A stretch of DNA of 64,000 bases from Camelus ferus (Eukaryota), in the NCBI RefSeq assembly GCF_009834535.1, contig NC_045697.1:96288001-96352000 (forward strand), read 5' to 3'. Numbering within the stretch: the stretch's first letter is position 1; each line of letters begins with the position of its first letter. This document shows positions 1-13,720 of this stretch, piece after piece. The translations under genes and the position numbers were made by a program. The notes under the pieces are model-generated. The model had not been told where the DNA came from, did no database searches, and saw only the letters and a list, made by a program, of their open reading frames with translations.

Positions 1-3000
1 AGACCTGTGTTACATACAGAATTCCTTGATGACATGCTTTGCTTTCACTTAAATAGTAGTTACAATGGAAGGGGCCACAGGGTACCAGGCTTGTGTTTCA
101 GGAGGCTAAGGATGGAAAAATATGAAGATACTAATCAAATATATCTCTTAGCTATATGGTGATTGACTCCCCTGTTTCAAAACATGCAGAATAAAACCTT
201 TCTGAGCATGTGGCTATAATTTAACAATACAGAATAACTCTGTTGTGTTTACAGTGTTCTTCTGAACTGAGATTATCAGATTGGTCAGTTTTGTGATTAT
301 TAGGTTTCAAATTCATATTCCCAAAGACCTCTCTTTAAAAAGGTATAAAAAGGCCTTTCAGGTTGTTTAAACAGTACGAACTGTGTACTTATTAAAATAG
401 TATCATAAATAGGATTAATTCTTATTATTTTAGTTATTATCAACTATTATATGTGATTGACAATTAAAGCAAGCAGAAATACTAACATATTTATTCTTAT
501 TCTTTCCCAAACTCCCTTTTTTGTTTAAACATTTAATTATACATAAGCGGTTTTTAAAACAGGAAGATAATTTTGAAACAATTTTTGGTATGTATGGAAG
601 CAAAAAGCACAATAACAAATATCCTACTTAGTTCAGTGGATTGTTTTTTATATATATTTAAATTAACATGACTTTTTTCAATATTTGTCCTTTAAACATT
701 CACAGTAACCATATAAATGCTATTGAATGAGCAAAAATATAAATTTTAAACAATTTTTATCCACACAGGAAAAATTTAAATTATATTCGTACTTATCACT
801 GATTGCATACAAATCTTCTAACACATCTTGCATTCTTCCTCGCTTTGAAAATAAAAAAAAAAGTGAATTACAATTATTATAGTAGCTACTCTCCTTACAT
901 TTAAATGCAGAATTCTGAATCAATGACAAGGCCTCAAATTGGTTAGTTTACAAAATATGCAGAAGTATAGAATGAGAAATCTGCAGCGTAATTACTGGCA
1001 GTTGAATAATGAATAAATTGTGCATGTTCAAACAAGTCCATTAATGTGACACATAAATTCATGAACATTTATGAGCAATTAATATTCTGAAAGTTAGTGG
1101 AAATGGTTATATTATCTTCCCTAAGGTAAAGTTATTTACATGCTCTGACCAACTTAATACTTCTGTCCTCAGACCTTTTATTTTTCTAATAAATGTAATT
1201 TTTTCATTTAAATCACAAATTAACTTAGTGTCCATAAATTGAGATTTATATTTTTGTATGAAACCACAGGCAGTTAGTTCATCTATATTTAGTATATCTC
1301 TGTTACCCATTAGACCAAACTAAACCATAAGTTTCACTATCAATGATCCTTAATATACCCAGGGAAAATAGTCAAATTCTCAAGACAATAATTTTTTTTT
1401 GTAAAAAATACCACCTCACAGAATTTATACACTGAATTGGAGCAATAGCAAAGTAAAATAAGAAAAAAAAAACTTCGCTGCTTCAACTTACTGTTATTTC
1501 TTTGATACAGAATTTTTAAACAGAAATATTATTATTAAGCTACAAAATCTAATAATACCGTATTTGACAACCCTTAATTTTCATGGTTGTTTCTGTAAAA
1601 TATCATAATCATTTTTAGAATAAAGATTTGGAATCAGAGAAAACATTTCTGGAATTTCTCTGATTCAATTTCAAAGTGTTCAAAAATATTTTTAACTATG
1701 TCCTCATATGTGAATTTAGGTAAATAGCCCACCAGAGAACAATTCTATTAATTTTTATTGTTTCTGATAAACTTTATAAAATTCCACCACAATGTGGACT
1801 TTATAGGATTTCAAATAATAATTTTAAGAGATTGGTTCCGCTCTTTGACTAAACATGACACAATCTCTATATAATAGATACTATTTCTTTAAAACCTGTG
1901 GTTAATCTCACTTCAAGAGCCATATGTGTTTTATTACCAAAACTACAAATTTATTGAAAATACCTTTTTGTAATAAATTTTTGCATTAGCATCTAGTTGC
2001 AGCGAAGTGTCTTCTGTTATGGAATGAAAGGCATTAGACACACTATAAGGTTTTTGTCTCAATTTCAAATTAAAAATTCAGAAAAGTCTCAATTGAAAAA
2101 ATTAGAAAGATCAATATATCATGAATAAAGTCATCCTTTATTTAGGAGAAAATAGGTTTAATATTTATTTGAGAATATCTGATTCCCCCCTTGCTTTGTT
2201 CTGGTAACAGAGGCACATACATACACAGAATGTAGATGGTTTTCATGAGCTCACATTTGTTGATTGGGTTGGAGGGAAGGGGGGTTGGAGATGTGGGATA
2301 AAATCTATAGCATGAAATAGCTATAGAATTCATCAAGGCTGCACATGTTTTAAGCAGTAAAACATAATATATAATAAATTGATTTGGGGAATAAGAAGAC
2401 AGGAGACATTGGGTGCAGGAATAACACAGAACAATTTTTAAAGAGATGAAATATTATTTATGACATTTATTTTTGCTGACTACCTGCTAGCTGGATGGGT
2501 AAAGTCTACAAAAGGACAGAGAACATCAAGATGAAGGGCAGATAACTATATGAATCAAGGCAACAACAAAGAAATTTGATTGGTATAGAGGGACTAAAGT
2601 GGACTGACTAAAACATAGTATTGTTGTTCAAGAATTATAAAAGATATATTGGAAAGAAAAATTTGTAAATAACTCTAAATATTTAATAATGATAATAATA
2701 ATAAAAAAAACTGGCTATTGCTTTGTATTAATGCCATATAGACCAAAGATTTTTGAACCTGTATCTCAGTATAAATGTGATAAACAAGACTAATAGCATT
2801 TGAGAATTTGGAAAACATGTAAAGTGAGTTTGTAGCATTGTTATGACTTTGAGCAAAGAAAGGAGGAGGAAAGGGTAAGATCTAACTCAGAAAATGATGT
2901 AATAGACAAAGTAAAGAAAAGCCAAGTAAATGGGAAAACGAAAAATTTTTTAACACTGTATGTGCTAATCTAATATTTCAGACTATTAAACACCTTTTTG

Positions 3001-3856
3001 AATGCAAGAGGAAATACAGATGAAAAATAATAAATCAGGAATCTCAAGTTCACTGCTATCACTTCAGTCAATATCAAGGCAAGGTTTTTTGGAGTGAGAG
3101 TAGTATGATTGTAATTGTCATAAACTATTATACATATATATGGAAAATATTAAGAATCTCTGAAAGAAATGTTCATAATGAGATAGGACTCATAAAATAA
3201 AAGCACTTTAGAATTAAGATTGATCTTAAACATACTAAGGAGGAGAAAAAAAAACTATTAAAACTATTAAAAATTCACCTCAATGTTTGAAAGCAGAAAT
3301 CCACACATCATAGAAAATTCTCTGCAGCTTGTCAAATCAGCCTCCATAAAAGAACATGGCCTCTTGGAAAGCATAATGACTTTTATTGTTATTAAAACAT
3401 GTACTGAGGTAATAGACTGGGCAGATTTGTCCTTCGCATCTAGCTTATAACCTAAAAGCTTCCAAAAAATCCTGAATAACAAGATCATCAATCTTGTGGG
3501 TATGAGCTACTGAATGCCAGTGTATATCATATCAACAGAAAGACAGCGGAATAGGTGGCTGTCAAGCGAGCAGTATTTAGTGAGGGACAGAAACATAAAT
3601 TCTCAACAGGAAATTATAGACAGAAAAGTTGAGAAAGTTAATTAAAGGCATTTTTTAAATTTAAAATATATGTGCATATATATTTATACCCATAAATGTA
3701 TATATCCTTTATATGAGTTTATTTTATATGGCATATAGTACTAAATATTTTAAATGTAATTAAAAACTTTTATCAAGATTATTCTGTAAGTGTACATAGT
3801 CTAAATTGTATATAAACATTCACATTTGAAAAATATTTATTATATCACATTCATAA

Positions 3857-4561
3857 ATTTTTGCAAATGAAACCGACAAAGGCTTGATCTCCAGAATATA
3901 TAAGCAGCTCATACGACTTAATAAGAAAAAAATAAACAACCCAATCCAAAAATGGGCAGAAGACCTAAACAAGCAATTCTCCAAGGAAGACATACAAATG
4001 GTCAACAGACACATGAAAAAATGCTCAGTATCACTAATTATCAGAGAAATGCAAATCAAAACTACAATGAGGTATCACCTCACACCACTCAGAATGGCCA
4101 TCATTCAAAAATCCACAAATGACAAATGCTGGAGAGGCTGTGGAGAAAGGGGAACCCTCCTACACTGCTGGTGGGAATGCAGTTTGGTGCAGCCACTATG
4201 GAAAACAGTGTGGAGATTCCTCAAAAGACTAGGAATAGACTTACCGTATGACCCAGGAATCCCACTCCTGGGCTTATATCCAGAAGGAAATCTACTTCAG
4301 GATGACACCTGCACCCCAATGTTCATAGCAGCACTGTTTACAATAGCCAAAACATGGAAACAGCCTAAATGTCCATCAACAGGTGACTGGATAAAGAAGC
4401 TGTGGTCTATTTATACAATGGAATATTACTCAGCCATAAAAACCGACAGCATAACACCATTTGCAGCAACATGGATGCTCCTGGAGAATGTCATTCTAAG
4501 TGAAGTAAGCCAGAAAGAGAAAGAAAAATACCACATGAAAGCACTCATATGTGGAATCTAA
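3857..4561 (+). pseudogene. LINE-1 ORF2p C-terminal fragment (~234 codons, no own start) with the CCHC zinc knuckle
   Basis: ORF track 3884..4561, with the frame open from 3857. Motifs [44 protein letters not shown] and [10 protein letters not shown] are canonical L1 ORF2p. Confidence 0.95.
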
Positions 4562-4890
4562 AAAAAACAAAAACAAAAACAAAAACAAAAACAAACAAAG
4601 CATAAATACAAAACAGAAATAGACTCATAAATATAGAGTACAAACTTGTGGTTGCCAAGGGGGCGGAGGGTGGGAAGGGATAGACAGGATTTCAAAATTG
4701 TAGAATATATAAACAAGATTATACTGTATAGCACAGGGATATATACACAAAATCTTATGGTAGCTCACAGAGAAAAAAATGTGACAATGAATATATATAT
4801 GTTCATGTATAACTGAAAAATTGTGCTCTACACTGGAATTTGACACAACATGGTAAAATGATTATAAATCAATAAAAAATGTTTAAAAAA
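3857..4890 (+). mobile_element. Young 5'-truncated LINE-1 (camelid-type L1): ORF2 3' end, 3' UTR and short A tail, flanked by a TSD
   Basis: Uninterrupted ORF2 C-terminus, typical L1 3' UTR, AATAAA at 4871-4876. A perfect 19-bp direct repeat TATTATATCACATTCATAA lies at 3838-3856 and 4891-4909. Confidence 0.97.
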
Positions 4891-5139
4891 TATTATATCA
4901 CATTCATAATAGCTTAATATAAATATAATCATCAGCTATTTTTGTAAATATTTTACTAGATTCTCTGGGGAATACAAACTAGGTATCATAAACATTTATT
5001 ATGAGTTACAATACTGTGACTATATGCTATAAATGACAGAATGGTCTACACAGGTAACTTAAGTTATAGTACTTAAACATGATGTAACTTTAATCAGGTG
5101 TCTTCAAAATATCTTGTAATGATTATTATTTAGCCTCCA

Positions 5140-5350
5140 GTAGAGGAAAACACTCTGCTTTTAAAGGGCTCATGTAATTATGATACTAGGCTCATCCAGA
5201 TAATATTCCTTTCTTAAAGTCAACTCTGCTTATAATGTCACATAATCACAGAACTGATATATATCCAGAGGCTCACCAACACTCAAAAAGGGTAGGGGAT
5301 TTTATAAGACTCAGGTTCATTGGGGGTCACTTAAGAACTCTGTATACCGA
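5140..5350 (-). mobile_element. MaLR LTR fragment (MLT1-like)
   Basis: TCTGCTTTTAAAGGGCTCATG...CCAGATAAT...CTTAAAGTCAACT...CACTCAAAAAGGGTAGGGGATT resembles MLT1 LTR consensus as recalled. Confidence 0.65.
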
Positions 5351-7384
5351 AGTCACCATTAATTAAATCTTTTAAGATAATGTGATGTCTGTAATCAGGT
5401 GTCTAGCTACTGAAGGATGGCTGTCAACATCTGTAGATAATTTACAATGCAGATAATTCATGCATTGATAAACATGCTTTGTGTGAAATAAGTGCATTCT
5501 CTCTCTCTGCACCAAAACTACCAAAAGTTAACATGTTGACTGAGACAAAGCCATTGAGGTCAGGACATTTTAAACATTTTTATAACACAATTATTGAAAT
5601 ATAATTTATTTCTGACTATATTACTGGATTTATTATTGCTGTGGAATGGGAGTGCTGGAATTTCCCCTGTAGATCCAGCTTTCTTATTTTTTCAAATTTC
5701 TATAAAATGCTTATTTTTAAATAAATATATTAGATTATGGCTTTTAGAACTTAAAAAATATATACAGCTTTGTAATTGTATGGCCCTCCAATATGCACTC
5801 CCCCTTTTAGATCCTTAGCAAGTTCAGATAGTAAGGTTCATCTTTGCCTTTTCTCCTCTGCTGAATATTTAAACTATGATCACTCTTAGTGGGAAATGAG
5901 TTCTACAAGTTTACCATCACCATGTAAATTTGCTTAACTACCGCTGAGGTATATTTGCCCTGAATTTGTGGGTAACAGAACCCACATTTTACAGAGTGAT
6001 TACATAGCAAAATACAGGATTGCTGCACCCATGAAGTTTAAATAATAAATCAGATAGAATATAATGACTTCATATTCCTGGTCAATAACAGGAATTGCTT
6101 TTCAGTTAAGTCAAGAAGTTGCTTTCTTATACACTGGAGATGCTCATAATCTTATTCTGTAATTCAGCATGGGGAAAACTCAGAAGCACAAGGAAAACAC
6201 AGTTATATAGCCAAGCTGATTGTACCAAAAAAAAAAAAAAAAAGTCTAAAATTCAAATAATAAAAGCTTGAATCATGTATTATCAGAAGAAAGACCTTTT
6301 GCTGAAACTATTAATAATCATTCTACTTCTAGAGATTATTTTTTCTTTAAGCATATAAAACAGTTGTTCTGTTTCAAGGAGACAAAGATTCAAAATAAGC
6401 TGATATAAATGAAAATAGGACAGGGTACCTAGGAAGAAAACTGCCAAGTGTAGGCAAGGAAAGACAAATTCTGCCTGCACCAGAGCAGAACCAACCTAAT
6501 AGTTTCTTTCTGTCAAGGCATTGGAAATCAATATCAGAAATGCATTATATATTATTTACAGTCATTTTGTGCAACTATGCTTAGTTAACTACTTGATGAA
6601 AAGTATATATACAATTTTGACCCCTGTCCTATGCCCCAGAAATCTGCGTTTAAAAGCCAAATAGACATCTCTGCTTGAAGGCTCAATATACCTCTCACAC
6701 ACAACAGTTTCAAAAAGAACTCATGGTCATTTTCCTGGTTATAAAGCCTCACTTTCACTCCACCTAAAACTAAAGTAGCAACATTATAATATGTAACTAT
6801 AATGGCTAACCCCTCCCCAATATCTTCCTGCCTCTACTTTTGCTTTTGGTTCATTCTGATGCCCACCAACTTGCTGAAGTTTTTCTTGATTCAATCATTA
6901 TCTGAAATTATTTCACTTGTTTACACATTGTTTGTATAGTATTCTTTCCCTTCTGAATTATGTGTTCTATATTACATCCTGCTTTCTTCACTGTAGCTTC
7001 TTTTTCTTGAAATTTATTTTGAGTGGTGAAAAGTTTCAACTCATAATGATGACAGGAGTGATTACAAGTGACAGTGCTGACACTGAAAGAATGGATAAAG
7101 AAAATTCTACTGCTGCATGATGAAAGAAACAGAGGATAAAAATCAGCAGTTGACTATGGATTGGTAAAGTCATTTGTCAACATGAAAATCACAATAAAGC
7201 CTGGCCAACAAGAATAAGAATGGCACAGGAGAACTGGCTAGAGAATTCAAGAGATTTGAAGAGAAAGGAGACATTTATCAATATGAGATTCTAGAAACAC
7301 ATCTGTATCAATCAAATAGGAGTAAGAAGTCACACCAATTATTTGAATGAAGAAAATGTATTATTGTAGTGCATTGTTAACTAG

Positions 7385-7980
7385 GAAGGAAGTTATGACT
7401 GTAAGACAAAAAAGCAAACACTAAGGTATCATGGAGGTCACATTGCTGGCAGAAGGAACCATCCCTAGGGTTGAGGAAAGAGAAGAATAGTCTGAAATTA
7501 TCAAAACTTAGACATTTAAACAAAGGGCTCCATGGAGATTGTCCCCAGACCTCAGACCTCAGAGGCAGGGGCACTGCTTATCTGGAATTGATGTCTGAGC
7601 AGGAAGGAGGGTCTCTGTAGGGCCAAGACCCCACCTCTGAAAAAAGGTACAGCAAAGCTGGATCTGCAAGTGTTGGAAAAATTGAAAACCATATTCTCTT
7701 GCTGCTATGGAAAAGAACTACTTCTTCTGGAGTGAAGAAGTGTGCCCGGGTAGCAGTCATAGGAACCGCAGAAGTAAACCAATAGGAAGCCACCTGGATG
7801 GAGCAGATCTGTTCTTACTCCTCCATCGTTGCAGCCTCCCTCTCGCACCCCTCATTGGCAAAGTCTAACACAGAGCAGCAGGCAAAGGAGAAAGTGGAAC
7901 ACAGAACATCAGACCCAGCTAAAAAGCTAAGACTAGAAGGGTGGGTTTAAATTAGAGGGTCAGTGACTTAATACCAGTCC
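7385..7980. mobile_element. Ancient mammalian LTR remnant (family uncertain)
   Basis: Block of higher GC ending CCTCATTGGCAAAGTCTAACA...GGCAAAGGAGAAA...TAGAAGGGTGGGTTT...CTTAATACCAG, resembling ends of old eutherian LTR families. Confidence 0.55.
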
Positions 7981-8269
7981 AAGTTCTGTAGGGACCTCAT
8001 ATAATGCTGATCTACTTCAAGCTCTAATTTTCAGAATCTAAAATCCATGCTAAATGTTGTGTAACTATGCAGATGACTTCCTGGTGGTTTTCTATGGCCT
8101 GGATAGTTCACAGTACATGATTTTATTCACTCTTTAGAGATTTGAAAGAGTTAAAAATAAGTAATGTGACTTGTAGCCTTGGAAAAATAGAGTGGAAGGT
8201 GAAAGATTGAAGATACATTGTTAAAGTTTGATTGTTCATTATTGCTGTTTCTTATAAATTATTTTTCAG

Positions 8270-8650
8270 GGATTTTTTCCCCAGATGATACAACATGCAG
8301 TTCTTTCTTTTTCACTTTGTATTTTATGAATTTTCCAGATTTTCTACACTAAAAATTACATGTTATGTTTACATTCAGAAAAAGACACACTTGTATAAGA
8401 AAGAAAAATAGTAGCTAAAAGATAAAATGACAGTGGGAAAATATTTGTAATATATGTAAAATTCAAATAGTATTTATGATAATACTTTGACCCCATATAA
8501 GTAAAAAATTAAAAAGAAGAGTATCTCAATATAAAAATGAGCAAAATACATAAATATGCAAGTTGCAGAATACAAGGAGTTCAACATAAAAACTTCGTCT
8601 CATGAATAATCAAGGAAATGAAAACTCAACAAGAAGATACTAACTTTCAT
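8270..8650. mobile_element. Highly degraded old L1 (L1ME-like) fragments
   Basis: GGGAAAATATTTGTAATATATGTAA...AAAAATGAGCAAAATACATAAATATGCAAGTTGCAGAA resembles the ORF2 3' region on +, preceded by a T-rich antisense 3'-end-like piece. Confidence 0.5.
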
Positions 8651-11600
8651 CCTTCCTTTCCTTTATTACTGGATCCACGACTTGTGTAATGATATAAATA
8701 GTGCTGGGTGTCCTACTACTGTGTGTGTTTGTGTGTGTGTGTTTCTGTGTAATCAAACAGATATTTATGCAGCCTTAATAACAGAGGCAATACATTAGAA
8801 TGATTTTCTTCACTTTTCTCTAATGGATGCTGTGTCCCTAACTAGTCAGTTTTATAGCTAGGGAAAAATAATGACATGTGAAGTACCTACCACAGTTCTT
8901 CAGAAGTAAGTGATGAACACAAAAATCAGTTTTCACCTTCAAATTTCTGAATCCCTTATAGAGAAGGGGGTACATACATATATGTGGAGGCAATCACCTA
9001 TATAAAATGGGTATAAAAAATAAGAGAACAATTATGTATCTTCCAGGTTGCTAAGACCATGGAAATAAGGTGCACAAACAGTAAGAGAAAACTATAAGAA
9101 GAAACCAATGGATTACACCTTTAACTAAAATTATATAAATATGATCGTTACAGTTAGACTACTATATCACACAATGTAATATACTATATACTATATATAG
9201 TATTGTACTTATAGCATTGGATGTATAAATCATTCTCAGTCCAGCCTATAATCATTTTGTGCCATAATTGAAGGTAACAAAAATTATCAGATTATTCTCT
9301 TAGCTAAGGAAGGAGAATCTCAGGTATGAATGTTAAATGAAATATCAAATAAATTATTTGGCAATAAAGGACATATTTATTCAGCATAAAGATGGCCAAG
9401 AGGCTTTATACATTTAGCCACTTACTTTCTTAGATTTTAAGAAAGTGTTAACTAGATTTTGAGGGACAATTAATTACGTGCTAGAATAAGTAACATAGAA
9501 TCTTGCTTCCCCATCCCTTTATGTAAATAAGTAACCAAACATTGTTTTATATCCTATAGGAAAATATTTATCTTTTAAGAAAAAGGCATTGATTCATGTT
9601 AAAATAATTTACCAAATTATGTTACATATAGTGAATGTATTTGTGGTAAATAATTCAAAAATTGCAACAAATTATGTGTTTATATGTATCTTAAACTGGA
9701 AGTATATGATGGCATTAATAATACAGTATTTTAAGCTGAGACTCATTAGTGAATAGGTTAAAAAAAAAATCAGTTTATAAAGGTTCACATTGCCATCTCT
9801 GTAGGTTTCATAAAATGGAAATAGATAGTCCCAGATAATTAATAGCCTATGAGTAATTACTTTTTTCCCCACCATACAGATAGTCTGAACTCTAGTTTTC
9901 CCTTCCTAATGGTTCTTCTTTGACAGCCACCTACGGTACTTCTCCTCCAGAGGTGATGATCAGCCATCTACGCTAATCTGCACATACATAAAATTGATGA
10001 TTTTGTTTTCAATTCTACACTGAGGCTCTCTCCTACACTTGCATGATGTATTTTGAGATAAGAGCTTATCTCCACACTATTGCTCTGTTAACTGGTAAAT
10101 TGACAAGATGTGAAGGACAGAATGAATCAACAGAAACAAGACCTTCTCTTCTGAGATTAATTTGGTGTTAACCAGTATGTGTCCATTGAGTAAATGTTTC
10201 CTTTTTCAGAAATCTCAAATTTGAATACCCTGATCTTGAAATGTGTTTAATCATAGATCTGAAGTATCATTTTCTTTATCTAACATTAAACAGTTTTGCA
10301 TGTTCTTAATTGGTCTGTCTTTTAACCAGAGTGACAAAAGTAACTTCAGGCAGTTCTGATGAGATAAGAACAGTTTAAGTTTTCTTTAACAGTCTGATCA
10401 CAATGATTTTCATATAATTTCAAGTTTTTATTTTACTTTCAATTAAAGTATCTTATTCTAATTTTCACTGTTTGTATCAGTTACATTGCTGATGTATTTT
10501 ATTTTGTATTCTTTCAGTCACACTGGCCTTGAAAAAATCAATGATTTGAAAAAGTTAAATTGAAAATAAATATATACATCCAATCCAAATGTAATTAAAT
10601 TCAAAAAGATAATTCCATAATTATAAAATTTTTTTAAAAGTTACACAATAAATGTTCTCTTTATAAGATGATTTCCAAGCACATGAAATAGATTCAGTAT
10701 AGTCTACATTTAAAATATGAGCCATTGGAAGACAACACCACAGGACTGATCAAAATTGTATGTTTGTGTCATTACACAGTCTTCTGTTTTATTTTTCTCA
10801 TGTCCTTTACATCCTGCTTTATATCCTTTGCTCTCAGACTCTTCAACTATTTAAACTGTATAATACCCCATACTCTGCATATTTCCATGCTACTTCACCT
10901 GATACTTACCCATTCTCATTCCCAACATTCCACCAACTAATCTCAGTAGACACCAGTTATATTTGCTCTGTTTCCTTAAGAGCTGTGTATTAGGTTCAAT
11001 TGTAGCAAACAAACTAATAAAGTAATACATAAAGATGTGTTAATTAAAGACCACTAACACTTTTTTGTCATAATTCCTTTACACCATAGAAGTTATTTGA
11101 ATGGTTGAAAGTGAGATCTGTCAAAATCAATCAACCTAATATAGGTAGTATGTGGAAAAAAAAGTAAAAAGGTATATATTATAATGTGTTTACAGTAATT
11201 AGAAACTGATACAGTTGAGCATGTGGATAAATCATAATTGTGAAACAAGAGCACAATATTCATGGTAACTAAAAATGATATGGACTTATAAAGTCATTTG
11301 ACAGCTTTGAATATTTGACAAATTTGTGTTGGGGCCATAGAAGTATTTTTCCTACATTACAATATCCTTATTGTATAAACTTTTTCTGTTAAACCTATTT
11401 TATTCCCTCTATTTCCAGCTAGCTCATGGAAGCCTCATGAGCTCTCATAAAAATAAATAAATCTCTGGTATTCACTCTGTAACCCAGAGTGGACGATGAC
11501 ATTATCAAACATGTGAGAAATCCCTTTATTTGCATATTTAAATCAACAATATGATGTTTCTGTCTTTGTGATTATAGACAGTAAGTTTATTTTTAAGGAT

Positions 11601-11838
11601 GGGCCTGAATGCACAATCTCAAAAGTCTTCATTTCATCTCAGTATGAGCTGCAATCATACATTTCTTTTTTATTGTATTTATAAGGTGATCCCAGTGCAC
11701 AGCAATATGAATTTACACATAAATGACACAAACTATTTCATGTCAGACTAGCTCAAAAGGCACTTTGAACTTTGTGAAATTTCATCCTGCTAATTCACAT
11801 CAATGATTGAGTAAATGAGGCAGTAAAGAACTACATTT

Positions 11839-11880
11839 GTCTCATAGAGAATGTAGTCTCATAGAGAATGTAGTCTCATA
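11839..11880. repeat. Tandem repeat, 17-bp unit x ~2.5
   Basis: GTCTCATAGAGAATGTA twice exactly, plus GTCTCATA. Confidence 0.95.
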
Positions 11881-12049
11881 AAGTTCCTGTGTTATAGAAA
11901 ATGTACATAGAACTACCATTAAAGGAGAGAGGAACAATATCAACATCAAGTAATGTCATATAGTGCCTTTCCTTCTTTCCCCTCACCTGATTTGCTTGCT
12001 TGTTCTATACACTTATAACTTACCCTTTCCTCTTAAACTTAAAATAATT

Positions 12050-13720
12050 GAATTTTGCTAGTAGTTTTGAACCAGTATAATAATCTTTATATTCTAATAT
12101 AAACTGTAACACATTTACATTTAATGTAAAATTGATATACCTTTTTTTAAACATTGCCTTAAGATCTGGGCTTAATTTTTCGCAACATTTCTGGGGTTTT
12201 TTCTTCTTTTGCTCTCATTTTAATTATTTTTTTATCATTCCATTTCTCAATTTTTCTGGTGTGGTAACCATATGCGTATTCTGTTCTTTAAATGGTTAAC
12301 AAGAGATTAAAACATCCACTTTTACTTTATCGAAATCTAATATAACTTGAATTTATTGCTATTTACCCTCTTCTTGATTTTATAATATTGTTCTAATGCT
12401 TTTAACTCAATGTCCATTTTAAACCTGAAATATAGAATTTTATTTTAATATGATGTAAAGTCATTTAAAAGTACCCACATATTTACCATTTCCATAGCTG
12501 TTCATTTCTTCCTGTGTCTCCAAGGTGCCATATAGGAATTATTTTTTCTTAGTGTTTTCTTGAATTTATGTTTGATGTTGATACATTCAATAACTTCTTT
12601 GCCTGAAAAATTTTTTTTTCATCTTTGAAGGAAATTTTTATTGGCTAGGGAATTGTAAATTGACATTAATTTCTTTCATTGTTTGGCTAAAGAGGGATAT
12701 TTCAGTTTAATATTTATTATTTTGAACGTAATGATTTTTATCTGGATGTTTTAGAAATCTCATTTTTTAAAATGAATTTTAACAGTTATTTATGAGCACA
12801 TAGGTATGAATTTCTGTTTTCATTTTGTTTAAAGATTGTAAGAGTTGCTTGAATCTATTGCTTATCATCTGTTTCCCTCTTTGTATATCAATTCAAATAT
12901 TGCTTCTTCCCCACTCTTCTCTTGAGGTCTATTTTAGGGACTTCAGATCTTCTAACTATATCTTTATTTATTTATTTATTTTTACTTTCTTTTTCATCTT
13001 ATTCTCTTTGTTTCTCTATGATTCATTCTGTGTAGTTTCTTCTGACATATATTTCAAATCACTAATTCTCTCCTAACCTATTTAATCAGCTATTAAGCCA
13101 TCCTTTAAGATCTTAATATCTTTACTATATTTTAATTTTAAAATACCCATTTTTTTATAGTTTATAGCTTTTGCATAGAAATTTTAATCTTAAATTTTAT
13201 ATTAATTATAGTAAGTTTAGTTATTTTATAATCTGTGTCTGATAATGCCATCACCTGGATGTCCTATTGGCCCATCTGTATTGTCTACTCTTTCTTGTTT
13301 TGCAATTATGTAATTTTATTTCATTTATGACTAATAGTTTTTGAGTTCTGGATTTAGTGTAATAAATGGAATGTAAAAATTAGAGGCCTAAGATCATGTT
13401 GTTGCACTCCCAAGACAATTTATATTTGCTTCTGCTCAGTGTGTTCCCTTGGTCTCAGGAAAAGTACTGCTTAGCTTCTCAGTTAGTCAGAAATCTCTCC
13501 TGAGTGGGCAGCAGCAGCAGAAGAGAGTATCCAAATGCAAATATCATCTCTAATTTTTCTTCTCATTTTAGGTAATCTTTCTATTATTCATTTTCCCTAT
13601 ATTTCCTTTTTTAAAGATATAACTCTTGGCAATTCAGTTTCTTCCAGTAGGTAATTTTCATATTTTGCATAATTTTTATAGCTTCTATTTACTCGGAGAG
13701 TTCATACAAATTACTTTTAA
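12050..13720 (-). mobile_element. Old degraded L1 (L1ME/HAL1-like), ORF1/5' region in antisense
   Basis: Long T-rich block with CATTTACATTTAATGTAA, TTCATCTTTGAAGGA, TTCAAATATTGCTTCT, TCACTAATTCTCTC and TCTGTGTCTGATAAT, typical of antisense old L1. Confidence 0.7.

Noticed and set aside
3884..4561. 225-aa ORF as a host gene
   Set aside because: It is L1 ORF2p C-terminus within a TSD-flanked, 5'-truncated retrotransposon, and the called start is an internal TTG codon.
11839..11880. CRISPR-like repeats
   Set aside because: The units are adjacent with no spacers, in a eukaryotic context.
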